Of a stretch of 64,000 nucleotides of DNA, positions 36,230-49,470 are shown piece by piece; position 1 is the stretch's first letter; each line of letters starts with the position of its first letter. Under the pieces are notes generated by a model, which was not told the DNA's origin, searched no databases, and worked only from the letters and a program-made list of their open reading frames with translations. The stretch is from Malacoraja senta. Its lineage: Eukaryota. Position numbers and translations under genes: made by a program. The stretch spans positions 15,688,001 to 15,752,000 of the forward strand of contig CM075989.1 in assembly GCA_038087875.1 (NCBI GenBank), given 5' to 3'.

Positions 36230-37640
36230 AAACTAATTTCCAACTCCTACATCTAGGATCTGCATTCCCCTCCGCCACTGGATCCTTGACTTCCTGATCT
36301 ATAGACCACAATCTGAGGATAGGCGATAAAACATCCTCCACGATAATTCTCAAGACCGGTGCCCCGCAAGGATGCATTCTTAGTCCCTTACAACGTTCTC
36401 CATACACTCACAACTGTGTGGCCAAAATTCTGCTCTAATTCTATTTTTAAGTTTACAGATGACACTGCTGTACTGGGCTGGATTTCAAATAATGATGTGA
36501 TGTAATGCAGGAAGAAAATACAGAGCATAGTAACACGATGTCAAGACAACTTTTCCCTCGATGTCAGCAGGATGAAGGAGCCAGTTATGGATTTCAGAAG
36601 CGAGGTGGAGTGCACACCTCAATCAGCATCAATGGTTCTGAGATGGAGATGGTCAGGGGCTTCACGTACCTTGGCATAAATATCATCGACAATTTTCTCT
36701 GGACCAACCACAAGAAACCTCTATTTCCTCAGAATACCAAGAATGTTCAGCATGCCTCCAACAACCTTTATGGGCCTGTCCCACTTACGCGATTTTTTTC
36801 GGCAACTTGCCGGCACCCGTCATAGTCGCAGCAGGTCTCCAAAAATTTTCAACATGTTGAAAATCCTGCAGCGACCAGAACAAGGTACGACTCTTCGGGC
36901 GACTACTCACGACCATAGAAGCGTCACCCTGCGACATGTCGCCAGGGTGTTGCCTGTATGGTCTTGAGTAGTCTCCTCAGTTACCCAAAGAGTCGTAGCG
37001 TCTTTCTGGTCGCTGCTGAATTTTCAACATGTTGAAAATTTACGGCGACCTATGACGGGTGCCGGCAGTCGCCGAAAAAGTCGCATAAGTGGGACAGGCC
37101 TATTACCGACTTCTACAGTTGCACAGTAGAAAGCATCTGTACACAGTAGATGCATCGCAGCTTGGTTTGGCAACAGTTCTGCCCAAGACCACAAGATGTT
37201 GCAGAGTGTTGTGGATATAGCGCAGTTCATCCCACAGACCAGCTTGCCCTTCATTTACCCTTTTCACAGCCTTGGGAAAGCAGCCAGCCTAGTCAAGGAC
37301 CTTTTTCACCCTTGTCATTTTCTCTGTTCTCGCCTCATCCATTAGGCAAATTATACAAATAGGTTGAAAGTATGTGCCACCAGACTGGGGAACAATTTCT
37401 CCCCCATTGCTTTCAGACTACTGAACAGTCCTCCCATTAGCTAGGTTGTAGCCCTGATCTTACAATGAACGTCATTGCAGACCTTGGACTTTCCCCTCTG
37501 TAACTGCAATGCCTATGCTGTAATATTGTATCCTGCGCTACCTGTTGTACTGATTATTCCCAAGTATAGTATGATTTGACTGGATGGCACGCAAACAAAA
37601 CTTTTCACTGTATCTTGGTACACATAACAATAATAAACCA
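36230..37640 (+). mobile_element. Degenerate Rex/Babar-like LINE (RT to 3' tail)
   Basis: Fragments WILDFL, TGAPQGCILSP, KFTDDTAVLG; 3' tail ..CACATAACAATAATAAACC. Confidence 0.75.
36771..37102. mobile_element. PIF/Harbinger MITE (short member) nested in the LINE
   Basis: TIR TGGGCCTGTCCCACTTA / TAAGTGGGACAGGCCTA; TTA duplication at 36768-36770 and 37103-37105. Confidence 0.88.
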
Positions 37641-38199
37641 ATACCGATTTTAGTCCTCAACTGCTGGTTCCTGAAAAAACTCTTGTGTATGCTTTTAGTT
37701 TTTAATTTAATATTTTCTTTGTCCTCTTTTATTAACCACAGATGGTTCCTCTTTCCTAATTGGGATATTCTGAATGGGATAACTTTCTGCTGAGTGTTTT
37801 GAAGTAGCTGTTCAAATACCTGCCACTGCCCATCCACTGACTTTTCCTTTACCTAATTCCCAAATCCCGACAGCTCTTCCCTCATATTACGTAATTGCCC
37901 TTATTTATGTTGAGGACACTTGATTTGGACCCAAGGTGTTTATCTCAAACTGTACCTGGAATTCCACCACATTGTGATCACTATTGCTAAGGGTTCCTTA
38001 ATTGCAAGAACTCTTATTAATCATATCTCCTTACACGTGACCAAATCTGGGTGCAAAATTCCTCTTCTAAGATATTCTTGTCATTTTGATTAGTGCAATT
38101 GGAGATATATGATCAGAGGGGAAAGAAAAAAGGGAAAGATTAATTGGTGGAGTAGACTTGATGAGCCGAATAGCCTAATTCTACTCCTATCACTTATGA

Positions 38200-39245
38200 C
38201 CTTATGAAGCAGATGACAGGTATGAGCAACTACATTCAGACGAATTGTTTGAGGAAAATAGGAATGAAGAGTACATAGAGAGGAAACTGGGAGGCCAAAA
38301 AGAGGTCATGAATTTTCCCTGCAGGTAAGGTAAAGAAAAATCATAAATCATTCTATAAGATTATTAGGAGCAAGAGGATAGGCAGGAAAAGAGTGGGTAC
38401 TCTTAAGGACCAAAGGGGTAATCTGTGTGTGGAGCTGGTGACGTGGGCAAGGCCCTAAGTGAATACTGCTAGTCTGTCGTGACCAATGAGAACAGCATGG
38501 AGGATAGAGAGTTCATGGAGGCGTATGTTGATTGCACGATGCAGTTATTAAGCAGCTGGAAGAGTAGGATATCTTAATACATCAGGGTTGATAAATCATG
38601 TAGGAAGGAACTGCAGATGCTGGTTTGCACCAAAGACAGCATCTCTGGAGAGAAGTAATGGGTAATGTTTAGGGTTGAGACCCTTCAGTGAGAGTCAGGA
38701 GAGGGAGACAGAGATCACCTCACCCTTTCACATGTCTATGTCTCCCTCTCACCTAACTCTCAATCTGAAGAAGGGTCTCGATCCGAAACGTCACCCATTC
38801 CTTCTCTCTCAGGGTTGATAAACCCTCAGCACCAGGTAAGATCTATTTCAGAATGCTATGGGAAACAAGGGAAGCGATTTTTGTGGCCCTGTAAGAGATT
38901 TCCACATCTTTGTTAGCCATAGGTGAGATTCCGGAAGAATGGAGGATAGATAATGATGTTCCTTTATTTGAAGCACAGCAAGGACAACCCAGAAAGTCGT
39001 GAGTCAGTGATAGGGAAATTATTTGAGAAAATTCCAAGGAACTGGATTTATTTTGTCCTGGAAAGACAGACTGATTAGGAAGAGTCAGCATGGTTTTGTG
39101 TGGGGGAAATTCTGTCTCTAACCGAGGAAGTTGATGAAGGCAAGGTGGTAGACATTGTCAATGTGGACTTTCGAAAGTCATTTGTTGAGGTCCTGCCTGG
39201 TAGGCAGGTCCAGAAGGTTAAACGGCATGGGATCTAAGACGACCT
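38200..39245 (+). mobile_element. Old CR1 LINE internal fragment with nested palindromic PLE-derived element (38596-38808)
   Basis: Degenerate RT-region sequence; nested element flanked by exact 14-bp TCAGGGTTGATAAA at 38582-38595 and 38809-38822. Confidence 0.75.
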
Positions 39246-41989
39246 GGTGGACTGTAATAACTATTAAATCTAGCTCCTTTATTTATATTAAACTATTAAA
39301 TTTAGCTCCTATAATACAGTATTTAACTATTAAATCTAGCTCCTTTATTCTAGAAAAGGTACCATGCAGGTACCTTTGCTAGAAGTACTGCAGCATCTCC
39401 CAAAGGTCAGGGATCAGCAACTGTTACTGGGCTTGGTAGCAAAGCACCAATCTCATAAATAAAATTAAAAAAATAGAAAATAGGAGAAATTTGAAGGAGC
39501 CAAGAATAAGCTGAGATGAGATGCTACTCCCTCTCTAGACCCTGGAAATATGTTGTATGGTCAACTGGATTCAATTAAAAGGTGGTCACTTGTGGGTTCT
39601 GTTTAATCGAACTTTGCTGTAACAGAAGGTGCAATTACATCCACAATTATCTAAACAATAAATTGCAAATGTCTGTGAAGGATCCTATAAAAGTCGGGTG
39701 CGTTTATTTTGTTGAAATGCAATGCAATGGAGCTGAATCTGTCCTTTGCTCACTTAACTTGCTCCCATGTACTGTTATTTTGGCAGGGAGCTAGTACGAC
39801 AAATTTATTTCTAACTGGACTAGTAATGAATAAGTGCTTTGTAAATGCACAAAAATAATGAAGATAGGAAGTTGAAATTGGACCCAGCTAAGCAATGTCT
39901 AATTTGGGAAAGATTAGGTTTAGCATGAAAATAATATCATACTCTTTTAATAGGATTAAAATTAAATATATAGGTTCAAAGTGCTTGTGCTAAGACATTT
40001 AATGATTTTTTTTTGTGGCTGGTTGAAAGAATCTCTCTGGATGTTGTCACTGTGGGTCTCGAAGCACAATGCCCAGATGTCTCCAAAACGACTCCCACAC
40101 AGTTTCAATGTAATTTATTGAAAGGTTATCAAAGACCATCACTCTCGATCTTTCTTCAAGAATATTTGGGTTTCTTTTGAACTTTTGCTTTGTTTCAAAT
40201 GCCATTTTGTTTCCTGTAATCAAATTGCTACATTTCAAAATGCTTTAACTCTTCTATTGCTTATTTTAAACTGCATCTTTCAGCAATGGTGGCATTATTC
40301 TCAATGGCAACTTAAATTATAATCGTGGAAGATGTGAATTGTAATTACCATTTGGAATTAAAATCACGTGGTGAACGAGAGAGCCAAAGCAATTAACTAA
40401 AATTAACATGCATTTTCAAACTTTTCTCAGCCTCTTTATAATTTAACATGTTTGATGACGAAATACTGATATCTACCTTAGTAAATCACAGTCCTGTTCT
40501 TATCTAACAGCTTTGAAGTGGAAATGCTGTAATCACCCTCAGGTTTCTTTAACTTGTGATTTAATAACAATTACATCCATCAGCAGCAGAACAGTGTGAG
40601 ACATCAGCAGTTGTGAGCAGCTCTGAGTATTCCACATCAATGGAACAATGCCAAATATCACACAGCGATGGAAGAGTGCCAACTATCACACTGTAATGGA
40701 ACAATTCTGAATTATGCACTGCAAGGGAGCAGAGCAAAGTATCATACAATAATGGATCAGTGCCATATGTCATTCAGGAGTGGAACAGAGCCAAGTATCT
40801 CAGCAAGAAATAATGCTTAGTTTTACCTAGTTATTTCATCAAATGCGCTACGAATTAGCATCTGCTTATTGCTGCTGAGGTCCTGTCCTGCTGGCCACGT
40901 GGCTCCAGACCTGGTTACAGCCATGTACAAAGATGTGCTCTGAAAACGATGTCAGTTCTTGAAGCTAAGACATAATTTGACCAAATGTGGCAGTAAGGTA
41001 CCTGATTAAAACTGCATTAATTAGGATTATATTGCTGCAGTTGTACTTAAAATGATGGACGATGCTTTCAGTTGTTGGAGCCCAATCATCTTGACACAAG
41101 GATATTGATTTCCTGAAGGTAGTTTCCTGTAAGTATCCATTATTGGTCACCCCCTAGAAGTATACTCACTAATGATTGAATGGTGTGTCTTTTTTTTGGT
41201 TGAAAATGTTTTGTCACATTTTCTGTAAAATAACTGTCCCTTTTTGTTTAGCTCTGATCTCCTTGAATTTCAACATTTTCTTTTCAAAACTGTAGCCATC
41301 AGCTCTACCACGTTGCCGAGGTCTCAACGATAAGCAAGCAGTTTCCCACGCTGGAAATGTTTTTCTAGCAGTGGCTTGATTCTTTCTATGGCCTTTATAT
41401 TTCTGATTTTTTTTTGACCCACTACTCCCACTTCGTTCCTCTTCAAGTGTCAGTATAGCACTTCCTTCAGCCGAGGGAAAAAAATAAAATGAGCCTCAAA
41501 CTTTTGCCTAAAAGAAGTGCTAATGGCCAGAACGATAGAGCTTTTCCATTGACATTTATCCTGATCATTTAATTTATCGAACATAAAATGGTATAACACA
41601 AGAATAGGACTTTCGGACAATGTCGAACATGATGTCAAGACCAATCTTTATCTGCCTGTATTTAATCCATATCCCTCCAATACCTGCATATCCATGTGCC
41701 TTTCCAAAAGTCTCTTAAATTCTAATTTTTGGAAGCTTTGCAGAATTCATCACTGATCCTGGTTTTCTGCATGCAATATTTGTAACTCAGGAGTAGCTTC
41801 CAGCATCCGGTCTTAGTTTTCAGATATTATTTAATTCCATCGCCCTTCCATACAACGTGGTGCAATGCTACTAACTTCAGGATGACACAACCAACTCTTG
41901 AAAGGGGTGAATGGCTGATAAATAGTGAATTAGAAAGCCAAAGTCTGTTACTGATAATCATAGCGTTTAGATGTGTGTGATTTGGGAAT

Positions 41990-42400
41990 TTTGATGGCCG
42001 TATTCCAAAATGACATCTGGGAAGAGAACCATCGGCCGCCCCCAGCTACGTTACAAGGATGTCTGCAAGAGAGATATGAAGGCGCTCGACATCGATGTGG
42101 TGTCCTGGGAGAGCCCTGAAGCTGACCGCACGAGGTGGAGAGGTACCCTGAACCAACATCTCAAAACGGGGGAAGAGAACCTGATGAACGCAGCGGCAGA
42201 CAAGCGGGCACGCAGAAAGGAGCGCAGCAACTTTAACAGACCAGAGACCACACACAAATGTGACCTTTGCTACTGAGACTCACTCCCGCATTGGTCTCTT
42301 CAGCCACAAGCGACGCTGCTCCAGCCGAGGTTCGGAACAAGCAGCTAACAACTAGGATGCATCACCCATGGTCAGTCATGACCGAGGGGGGCCTACATTC
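41990..42400 (+). mobile_element. RTE-clade LINE 3' fragment
   Basis: DGRIPK..GKRTIGRPQLRYKDVCKRDMK..DRTRWR plus a C-terminal C2H2-like remnant; exact 11-bp TSD GATTTGGGAAT at 41979-41989 and 42401-42411. Confidence 0.9.
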
Positions 42401-43467
42401 GATTTGGGAATACAATTCAACTGACGCTCTTCTCAGTCATAAAGTCAGGAAACCCAACCCAATTCTCAATTCAAAAGTGATGAGCAACCATTTTAATTAC
42501 ATGTTCAGAAAATTAGTGTTCAGCCAAATATTATGATGCTCCAGGTCAGTTGCAAGTGCCTTAATTTACTTTAATGTAACCAGTATTTTGTGCAGGGGGG
42601 GGGGGGGGGCGGCTATCTTCTTCCTGCCTACCTGATGCATCATTCACATGGTTTCTGAAAAGTGGAGTACTTAAATGTACCATGATCAAAAGGTTGGCTG
42701 GTCCCAACTGAGTGTGGGATTCTATAGTTAGCCCTGTATTAAGGTGCCCTCCCATTCTTCATTCTCTGATTTGGATTCCCAAGTCTTTGCTTCACAGAGA
42801 TGGAATGGTTAATAGCATCAGCTATCTACATGTATCTGGAGAAATTCAAACATTGTTATTTTTGGAGCCGTTACAAGAATGTAACTGAGCCAGACTAGGA
42901 GTGATTTAAAAAAAAAAATCACCACCCAGTAAGGAAAAGACTGATGACAACCAGTTTGTGTTGAAACCTTTGTCTGATTGCTGATCTTTTGTCCAATCTC
43001 GAATTTCTGAAGTCTAAAAATCAACTAAAATATGTTTTACTTCATTTTGAGTGCTCTTGATTCCTGAGAAAAAAACTTTTTGGAAGGTTTTATGTCAGAA
43101 GTTCAAAATTTCAACTTACTATTCACAAGGTGGTGGAAATCTCTGCAAAGCAGCTCAGTCACATCCTGAGAGCCTGGCCATGTCTATGCCTTTTGTATTT
43201 ATATCTGTAGTTAGCAGAAACATGTAAAGCTTCTTTTATCCCTAATAAGTATCAGTTAGGTATTCCTCTTGCATGTTAATATGTTTTAATAAAGTACAGT
43301 TTTAATGTTACTTTTAGTTTCTGTAAACTGTTTTGCAGCAATTCATGAGTTCTTGGGTTGGATGCTGTTATATATTGATTGAAAGACATTGGTGCTTAGG
43401 CGGACCTGGCTGTCCTTGTCTATGAATCACAAAACATTAATTCAGTGATACATTTATTTATATTTCA

Positions 43468-44843
43468 CGGGAATTATAGACCAGTTAGCCTTACATCGGT
43501 AGTATGGAAGATGCTGGAGTTGATTATTAAAGATGTTATAGCAGCGCATTTGGAAAGCAGTGACAGGATCAGTCAAAGTCAGTATGGATTTATGAAGGGG
43601 AATTCATGCTTGACTAATCTTTGGAAATTTTTGAGGATGTAACAAGTAGAATGGATAAGGGAGAGCCAGTGGATGTGGTGTATTTGGACTTTAAAAAAGC
43701 CTTTGACAGGGTCCGACCTAAGAGATTAGTGTGCAAAGTTAGAGCACCTGGTATTGGGGTAGGGTATTGACATGGATAGAGAACTGGTTGCAGACAGGAA
43801 GCAAAGAGTAGGAATTAACGGGTCCTTTTCGGAATGACAGGCAGTGGCTAGTGGGGTGCCGCAAGGCTCGGTGCTGGGACCCCAGTTGTTTACAATATAT
43901 ATTAACGATTTAGACGAGGGAATTAAATGTAACGTCTCTAAGTTTGCGGATGACACAAAGCTGGGTGGCAGTGTGAGCTGTGAGGAGGATGCTATGAGGC
44001 TGCATGGTGACTTGGATAGTTGGGCTGAGTGGGCAGAAGTATGGCAGATGCAGTAGAATGTGGATAATATGTGAAGTCATCCACTTTGGTGGCAAGAACA
44101 GGAAGGCAGATTATCTGAATGGTGTCAGATTAGGAGAAGGGGAGGTGCAACAAGACCTAGGTGTGCTTGTACATCAGTCACTGAAGTAAGCATGCAGGTA
44201 CAGCAGGTAGTGAAGAAAGCCTTCATTGCGAGAGGATTTGAGTTTAGGAGCGAGGATGTCCAACTGCAGTTGTACAGGGCCCTGGTGAGACTGCATCTGG
44301 AGTATTGTGTGCAATTTTGGTCTCCTAATTTGAGGAAGGACATTATTGCTATTGAGGGAGTGCAGCGTAGGTTCATCAGGTTAATTTCCGGGATGGCGGG
44401 ACTGACGTATGATGAAAGAATAGGTTGACTAAGCTTGTATTTGCTGGAATTTAGAAGGATGAGAGGGTATCTTATAGAAACATATAAAATTCTTAGAGGA
44501 TTGAACAGGGTAGATGCAGGAAAATATTCCCGATGTTGGGTGACTCCAGAAACAGAGGTCACAGTTTAAGAATAAGGAGTAGGCCATTTAGGACTGAGAT
44601 GCGGAAATTTTATTTCACCCATGTGAATCTGTGGAATTCTCTGCCAAAGAAGGCAGTGGAGTCCAATTCACTGGATGTTTTCAAGAGAGATATTTAGCTC
44701 TTAGGGCTAAGGGAATCAAGGGATATGGAGGAAAAGCCGGAACGGGGAACTGATTTTGGATGATCTGCCATGATCATATTGAATGGCGGTGCTGGCTCGA
44801 AGGGCCGAATGGCCTGCTCCTGCACCTATTTTCTATGTTTCTA
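43468..44843 (+). mobile_element. CR1 LINE, 5'-truncated (RT to 3' tail), disrupted
   Basis: [31 protein letters not shown]; (TTCTATGT) tail. Confidence 0.93.
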
Positions 44844-45464
44844 ATGGATCCTGAGGGGCCTCAACAGTGTGATGTCAGTCCCAGGGTTTCATTTGCAGAC
44901 AGTGTTGGTTTAGCAGCCTATTAGGAAGGCAACTGGTACATTTGGCCTTCGTTGTGAAAATATTTGAGTACAGGAGAAATTATATACTGTAAACATGGAG
45001 CATAGAACAGTACCACACAGAACAGGCCATTCAGCCCACGATGTCTGCGCTGAACCTGATACCAAGTAAAGCTAATCTCAGCGTGCATGTGATTCAGAAT
45101 CCGCAATTCCCTACACATAAATGTCCTTATCTAAAACACCCTTAAACACCACAATCATACCTGCTTTTACCACCACCTCCGGCAGCACGTTTCAGAAGCC
45201 CACTACTCTCTATTTGAGGAAAAAAACTACAGCTTGCCCAAGTTTAAATCTTTAAACCCTTTTGACCTTAAGGTGCTTTGACATTTACTGTATACTCTGG
45301 GGGAAAATGCTGACTGTTTCCCCTACCTATGTCTATATAGAATATCTATTGTATAGAAGCCTGGTAAGACTGCATCTAAAATATTTTGTACATGTTTAGC
45401 CTCCCTATTGAAGGATATACTTGCCTTCGAGGGAGTGCAGTGAAGGTTCATCTTTTAAGAAGGG

Positions 45465-46770
45465 CTGCAAATAAAACCTTGGGAACTGTAGACCAGTAAG
45501 CCTAACATCTGTGGTAGGAAAGTTACTGAAGAGGATTCTCAGGGATTAGATATACATACATTTGGAAAAACAGGGGTTGATTGGGGATTGTCAGCATGGT
45601 TTGTGAATGGGAGATCATGTCTTAGGAATTTGAGATTTTTGAAGAAGAAACCAAGAACGTTAATGAGGGCAGGACAATAACATCATCTATATGGACTTCA
45701 GCAAGGCCTTTGATAAGGTTCTGCATGTCTGGAAGGTTTGATTGCATGGGATCCAGGGAGAGCTAGCCGATGGATACAAAATTGGCTTTGTGGTAGGAAG
45801 CAGAGGGTGGTGGATGAACGTTGTTTTTTGGACTGAAGCCCTGTAACTAGTGGTGTGCCTCAGGGGATCGGTGCTGGGCTCATTGCTGCCTGTCATATAC
45901 ATTCAATTTGGATGAGAAGGTACCAGGCATGATCAGTAAGTTTGCAGATGACACCAAAATAGTTGGTGTTGCAGCCAATGAAGATGATTATCAAGAATTG
46001 CAGGGGGATCTTGATAAGTTGAACAAGTGGGCTGAGGAATGGCAAATGGAGTTTCATTCAAAAGTGTGAGGTGTTGCATTATGGATAGTCACAACCTTCA
46101 CAGTGAATTATAGTTATGGGAGAAGGCAGGAGAATGTGGTTAGGAGGGAGAGATCAGCCATGATTGAATGGTGGAGTAGACTTGATGGGCCGAATGGCCT
46201 AATTATACTCCTATCCCTTATGACCTTATGAATAGTAATGCCCTGGTGAATGCTGCAGAGCAGAAGGATCTAGGACTACATGTACATTGTTCTCTGCAAG
46301 TGGTGTTGTGTTTAGAAAGCTTTTACTATACAGATCTTCACCAGTCAGGGAATGAGTATAGAAGTTGGAACATTATGTTACAGTTGTACAAGATATTGGT
46401 GAGCCCACACTTGGGGTATTGTGTTCAGTTTTAGTCACCCTGCTTAGGAAGGATGACATTAAGCTGGAAAGAGCGCAGAGAAGAATTCTGGGATTCCAAG
46501 ATTCATAGTACTGAGCGATAGGGGGAGGTTGGGCAGGATAGGACTTCATTCCTTGCGGCATTGGAGACTGAGGGCTGGACCTATAGAGGTGCACAAAATC
46601 CTGAGGGGAATAGGTAGGCTGAATGTACAGTCTTTTCCCCAGGGTAGGGGGATCAAGAACTAGAGAGCACAGATTTAAAGTGAGAGGGGAAAGATTTAAT
46701 AGGGCAACTTTTTCACCTAGAAGGGAGTTGCTATATGGAGCAAGCAGCTGGAAGAGGTGGCTGAAGCGGG
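45465..46770 (+). mobile_element. Older CR1 LINE RT fragment
   Basis: Degenerate [38 protein letters not shown] motifs with many stops; nested LINE tail at ~46110-46230. Confidence 0.8.
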
Positions 46771-48239
46771 TACCAAAGAACAGGCTGACCCTGGTCTCTG
46801 GCAAACAGCTGGTGTCAACTTTGGAGCCTGGTTTGTACTTGTGTCTGTGCAAACCCCAACGCTGCTGATAATTGCTATGAGCTGTTGTTTCTATCTCTAC
46901 GTTGACTCTATCCTCATTACTCCCATTATGACTGTTAGTCTAATTGACTGTTAGTTCTTTGCTCATATTTTTACATACATCTTGGTCCATAATATTTAAT
47001 TGCCAAACTTGTCGTGTCTGCAATCGTTTTACTCTTAAACCTTTTGGAATTGTTTCTGTGTTTTTAGAATACCTAGTCATGAGCAGTACTTGTGAGGAGA
47101 AACATTAATTACTTAATATTTATACGCCTCCAGAGGTTTCCAGAGGTGGCCAAATTGAATCCAACTCTGTCCTTTTGACGTTACCACCCAGTGTCTGAAC
47201 ATTTTCTCTCACCCCAACACACAATGTGCGACCAGAACAATGGTGTGGATGTCATCGAACCAAGTCTCTGAGCGATGAATGCTTCGTCCAAGTTTACATA
47301 TTTCTGCATTGAACAATAGTAATGAAAATAATAGATATGCAGTGTTATGAGGCTACAGACAGTTTGGAAGCATCTCCTGATAAAAACAGATTATAATATA
47401 TAAGCACGCAAAGCCCAAACACAAAGTTTATGAATTAAAATGTCAGTGACATTTTGTAGAGATTGAGGCGGGAGTGTGAGTGTGTTGGGAAGTTCAGGCA
47501 CACTGATGAACTGGACAAGTCATCTCCCACAAGTGTCAGGAATGAACTTTTCCTGACAGGAAGTGAAAGTGAATACAAGTGGATGGACCAGCGCCCTGCA
47601 GTAATCCTTGGTCATGAAAGGAATATCCTTGCATTAGTTTCTGAGTGAAGTTTCTGTGAGGAGGACCAGTCTGGCTCTAATACCTTTAGCACCATCCAAC
47701 CAGACTACTGCCCTCCAAAGATCGTCTGGCAGTGGCAGCTCCCTCTCTTCTTTCACAAATATTTGTGACTTCTTGTGAACAACCGCACAGAACTGTGACT
47801 AATGAGATGAACTGTACCTGTTCCCGTACCTCCCAGTTCTGACGGCCCATTAAAAATTGCAATTTGACATTTTATAAAAACTAATATGTTTGCAAAAGAA
47901 ACCAGAGATCAGGCTTGGATTAAGCTGAGATGATATATCAGGAAGTCTATTCCCTGCTTTTCAATCTTTGGAGTAGGATAGGACAGGTTTGGAAGGATAT
48001 AGGCAAACACAAGCAGGTGGGAGTAGTGTAGATGGGACATGTGGGTGGTGTGGGCAAGTTGGGCCGAAGGGTCTGTTTCCATGCTGTATCACTCTATGAC
48101 TTCTCTGATTTTGTATTTTACACCTCCACTGATTGGCTAATTATTCATGAGTCAATAGACAGCCTGTCACAGAGGCTGTTCCAGGTGTATCTACTGATCG
48201 GTGTCCACTGAAATATTTCATGCATCTTATTTTCCATAA

Positions 48240-48527
48240 TGCTGCTGGCCTTGAGGTCAGGTCGGGGGAGTTCCCCCCGCCACGGGTACCATGTAATCCC
48301 GTGCTACCTGCTCCATGGTCGGATAGTCGGCAACTAAACCGTCTCCCCCACCTGGTTTGCCAGGTGAGAAGGGGGCTGTGGACACCCGGCAAGACCAAAA
48401 CAGGATCAAAGGGCGTATGTGCTCCTAGCGAGCCAACGGCCATCCACACTTCAGTGGAAGTTGTGATCACTGTCGTACGTAGCATTGTAAGGCACCGTGC
48501 CCGTTGATGTTTTCAATGATGATGATT
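48240..48527 (+). mobile_element. Unclassified GC-rich short retroposon-like insert with (TGA)n tail
   Basis: CpG-containing block in AT-rich flanks ending AATGATGATGAT; RTE-dependent origin is a guess. Confidence 0.4.
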
Positions 48528-49109
48528 GAGATCAAACAGTCGCTGATCGTTAGCTGACCAGAGTTGCTCTCATTTCAACAGAACTTCAGAACACTGCATG
48601 GACAGAAGGAACATAACTCCAAATAACTTGGCTGAGCCAGTTCCCTTCATGAGAATTGGTAAAATGGTATTGGTTTATTTATTATCACGTGTACAGTGGA
48701 AAACTGTGATTGCGTGCTATCCAGTCAAATCATAGTATACATGAGTACAATCAAGCCAAACACAAGCACAACTGGTAGTGAAAAGAGACAAATAGATGTC
48801 GTAGATCGACAATGATGTAGGTTAGGAGATAGTTACTACACCCTTAGCATATGGGAAACCATTCAGTAGTCTGATAACATTGGGATCCGGGATCTTGCCT
48901 GGAAGGAGAAGTGTTTTTAAAGAACAACAAGCTTTCAGTGCAGAAAATCATTTATGGACCGATTGACGGCTCCCTGCCGATGCCTTGTAGTCTCGCCATG
49001 TTGCTTTCTAAACATATTCCGATGGAACATCAGCATCTCCCACCTGTGAACATCGAGCCCTGCAGCACGGAACTGATCTCAGCCGATTACACCCTCAATG
49101 CAGATGGTT

Positions 49110-49470
49110 GACGGTTCAAGTCCCACTCAGAGACTTGAGCAAAGAATCCAGGGGCAATACTGAGGGAGAACTGCTCTCTCAATGATGCCAACTCTCAGGT
49201 GGGACTTAACCGAGATCGTGCTCTCTTGTGTGGATATGAAAGATTTCTATGACACCATCCGATACGGAGTCTCCCTGGGGACGTGACAGTTTTTATACCG
49301 CGGCCATCATCACTAAAACTGGTTGTTGTTGCATTGTTTGTGAGATTTCAGTGCTTGCAAGTTGGCTAATGCAATTCCATTATTATACCAGTAACTTCAA
49401 GAAAAGTACCGTATTGGTTATAAAATGCTTAGAGTTGTTCTATAATTATGACACAAATTATGTAAATTCA
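49110..49470 (+). mobile_element. Deu-domain SINE (SacSINE1-like), old
   Basis: B-box GGTTCAAGTCCC, then TACTGAGGGAG..CTCTCAGGTGG..CATCACTAAAAC..ATTGGTTATAAAATGCTT, resembling the recalled DeuSINE consensus. Confidence 0.6.
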
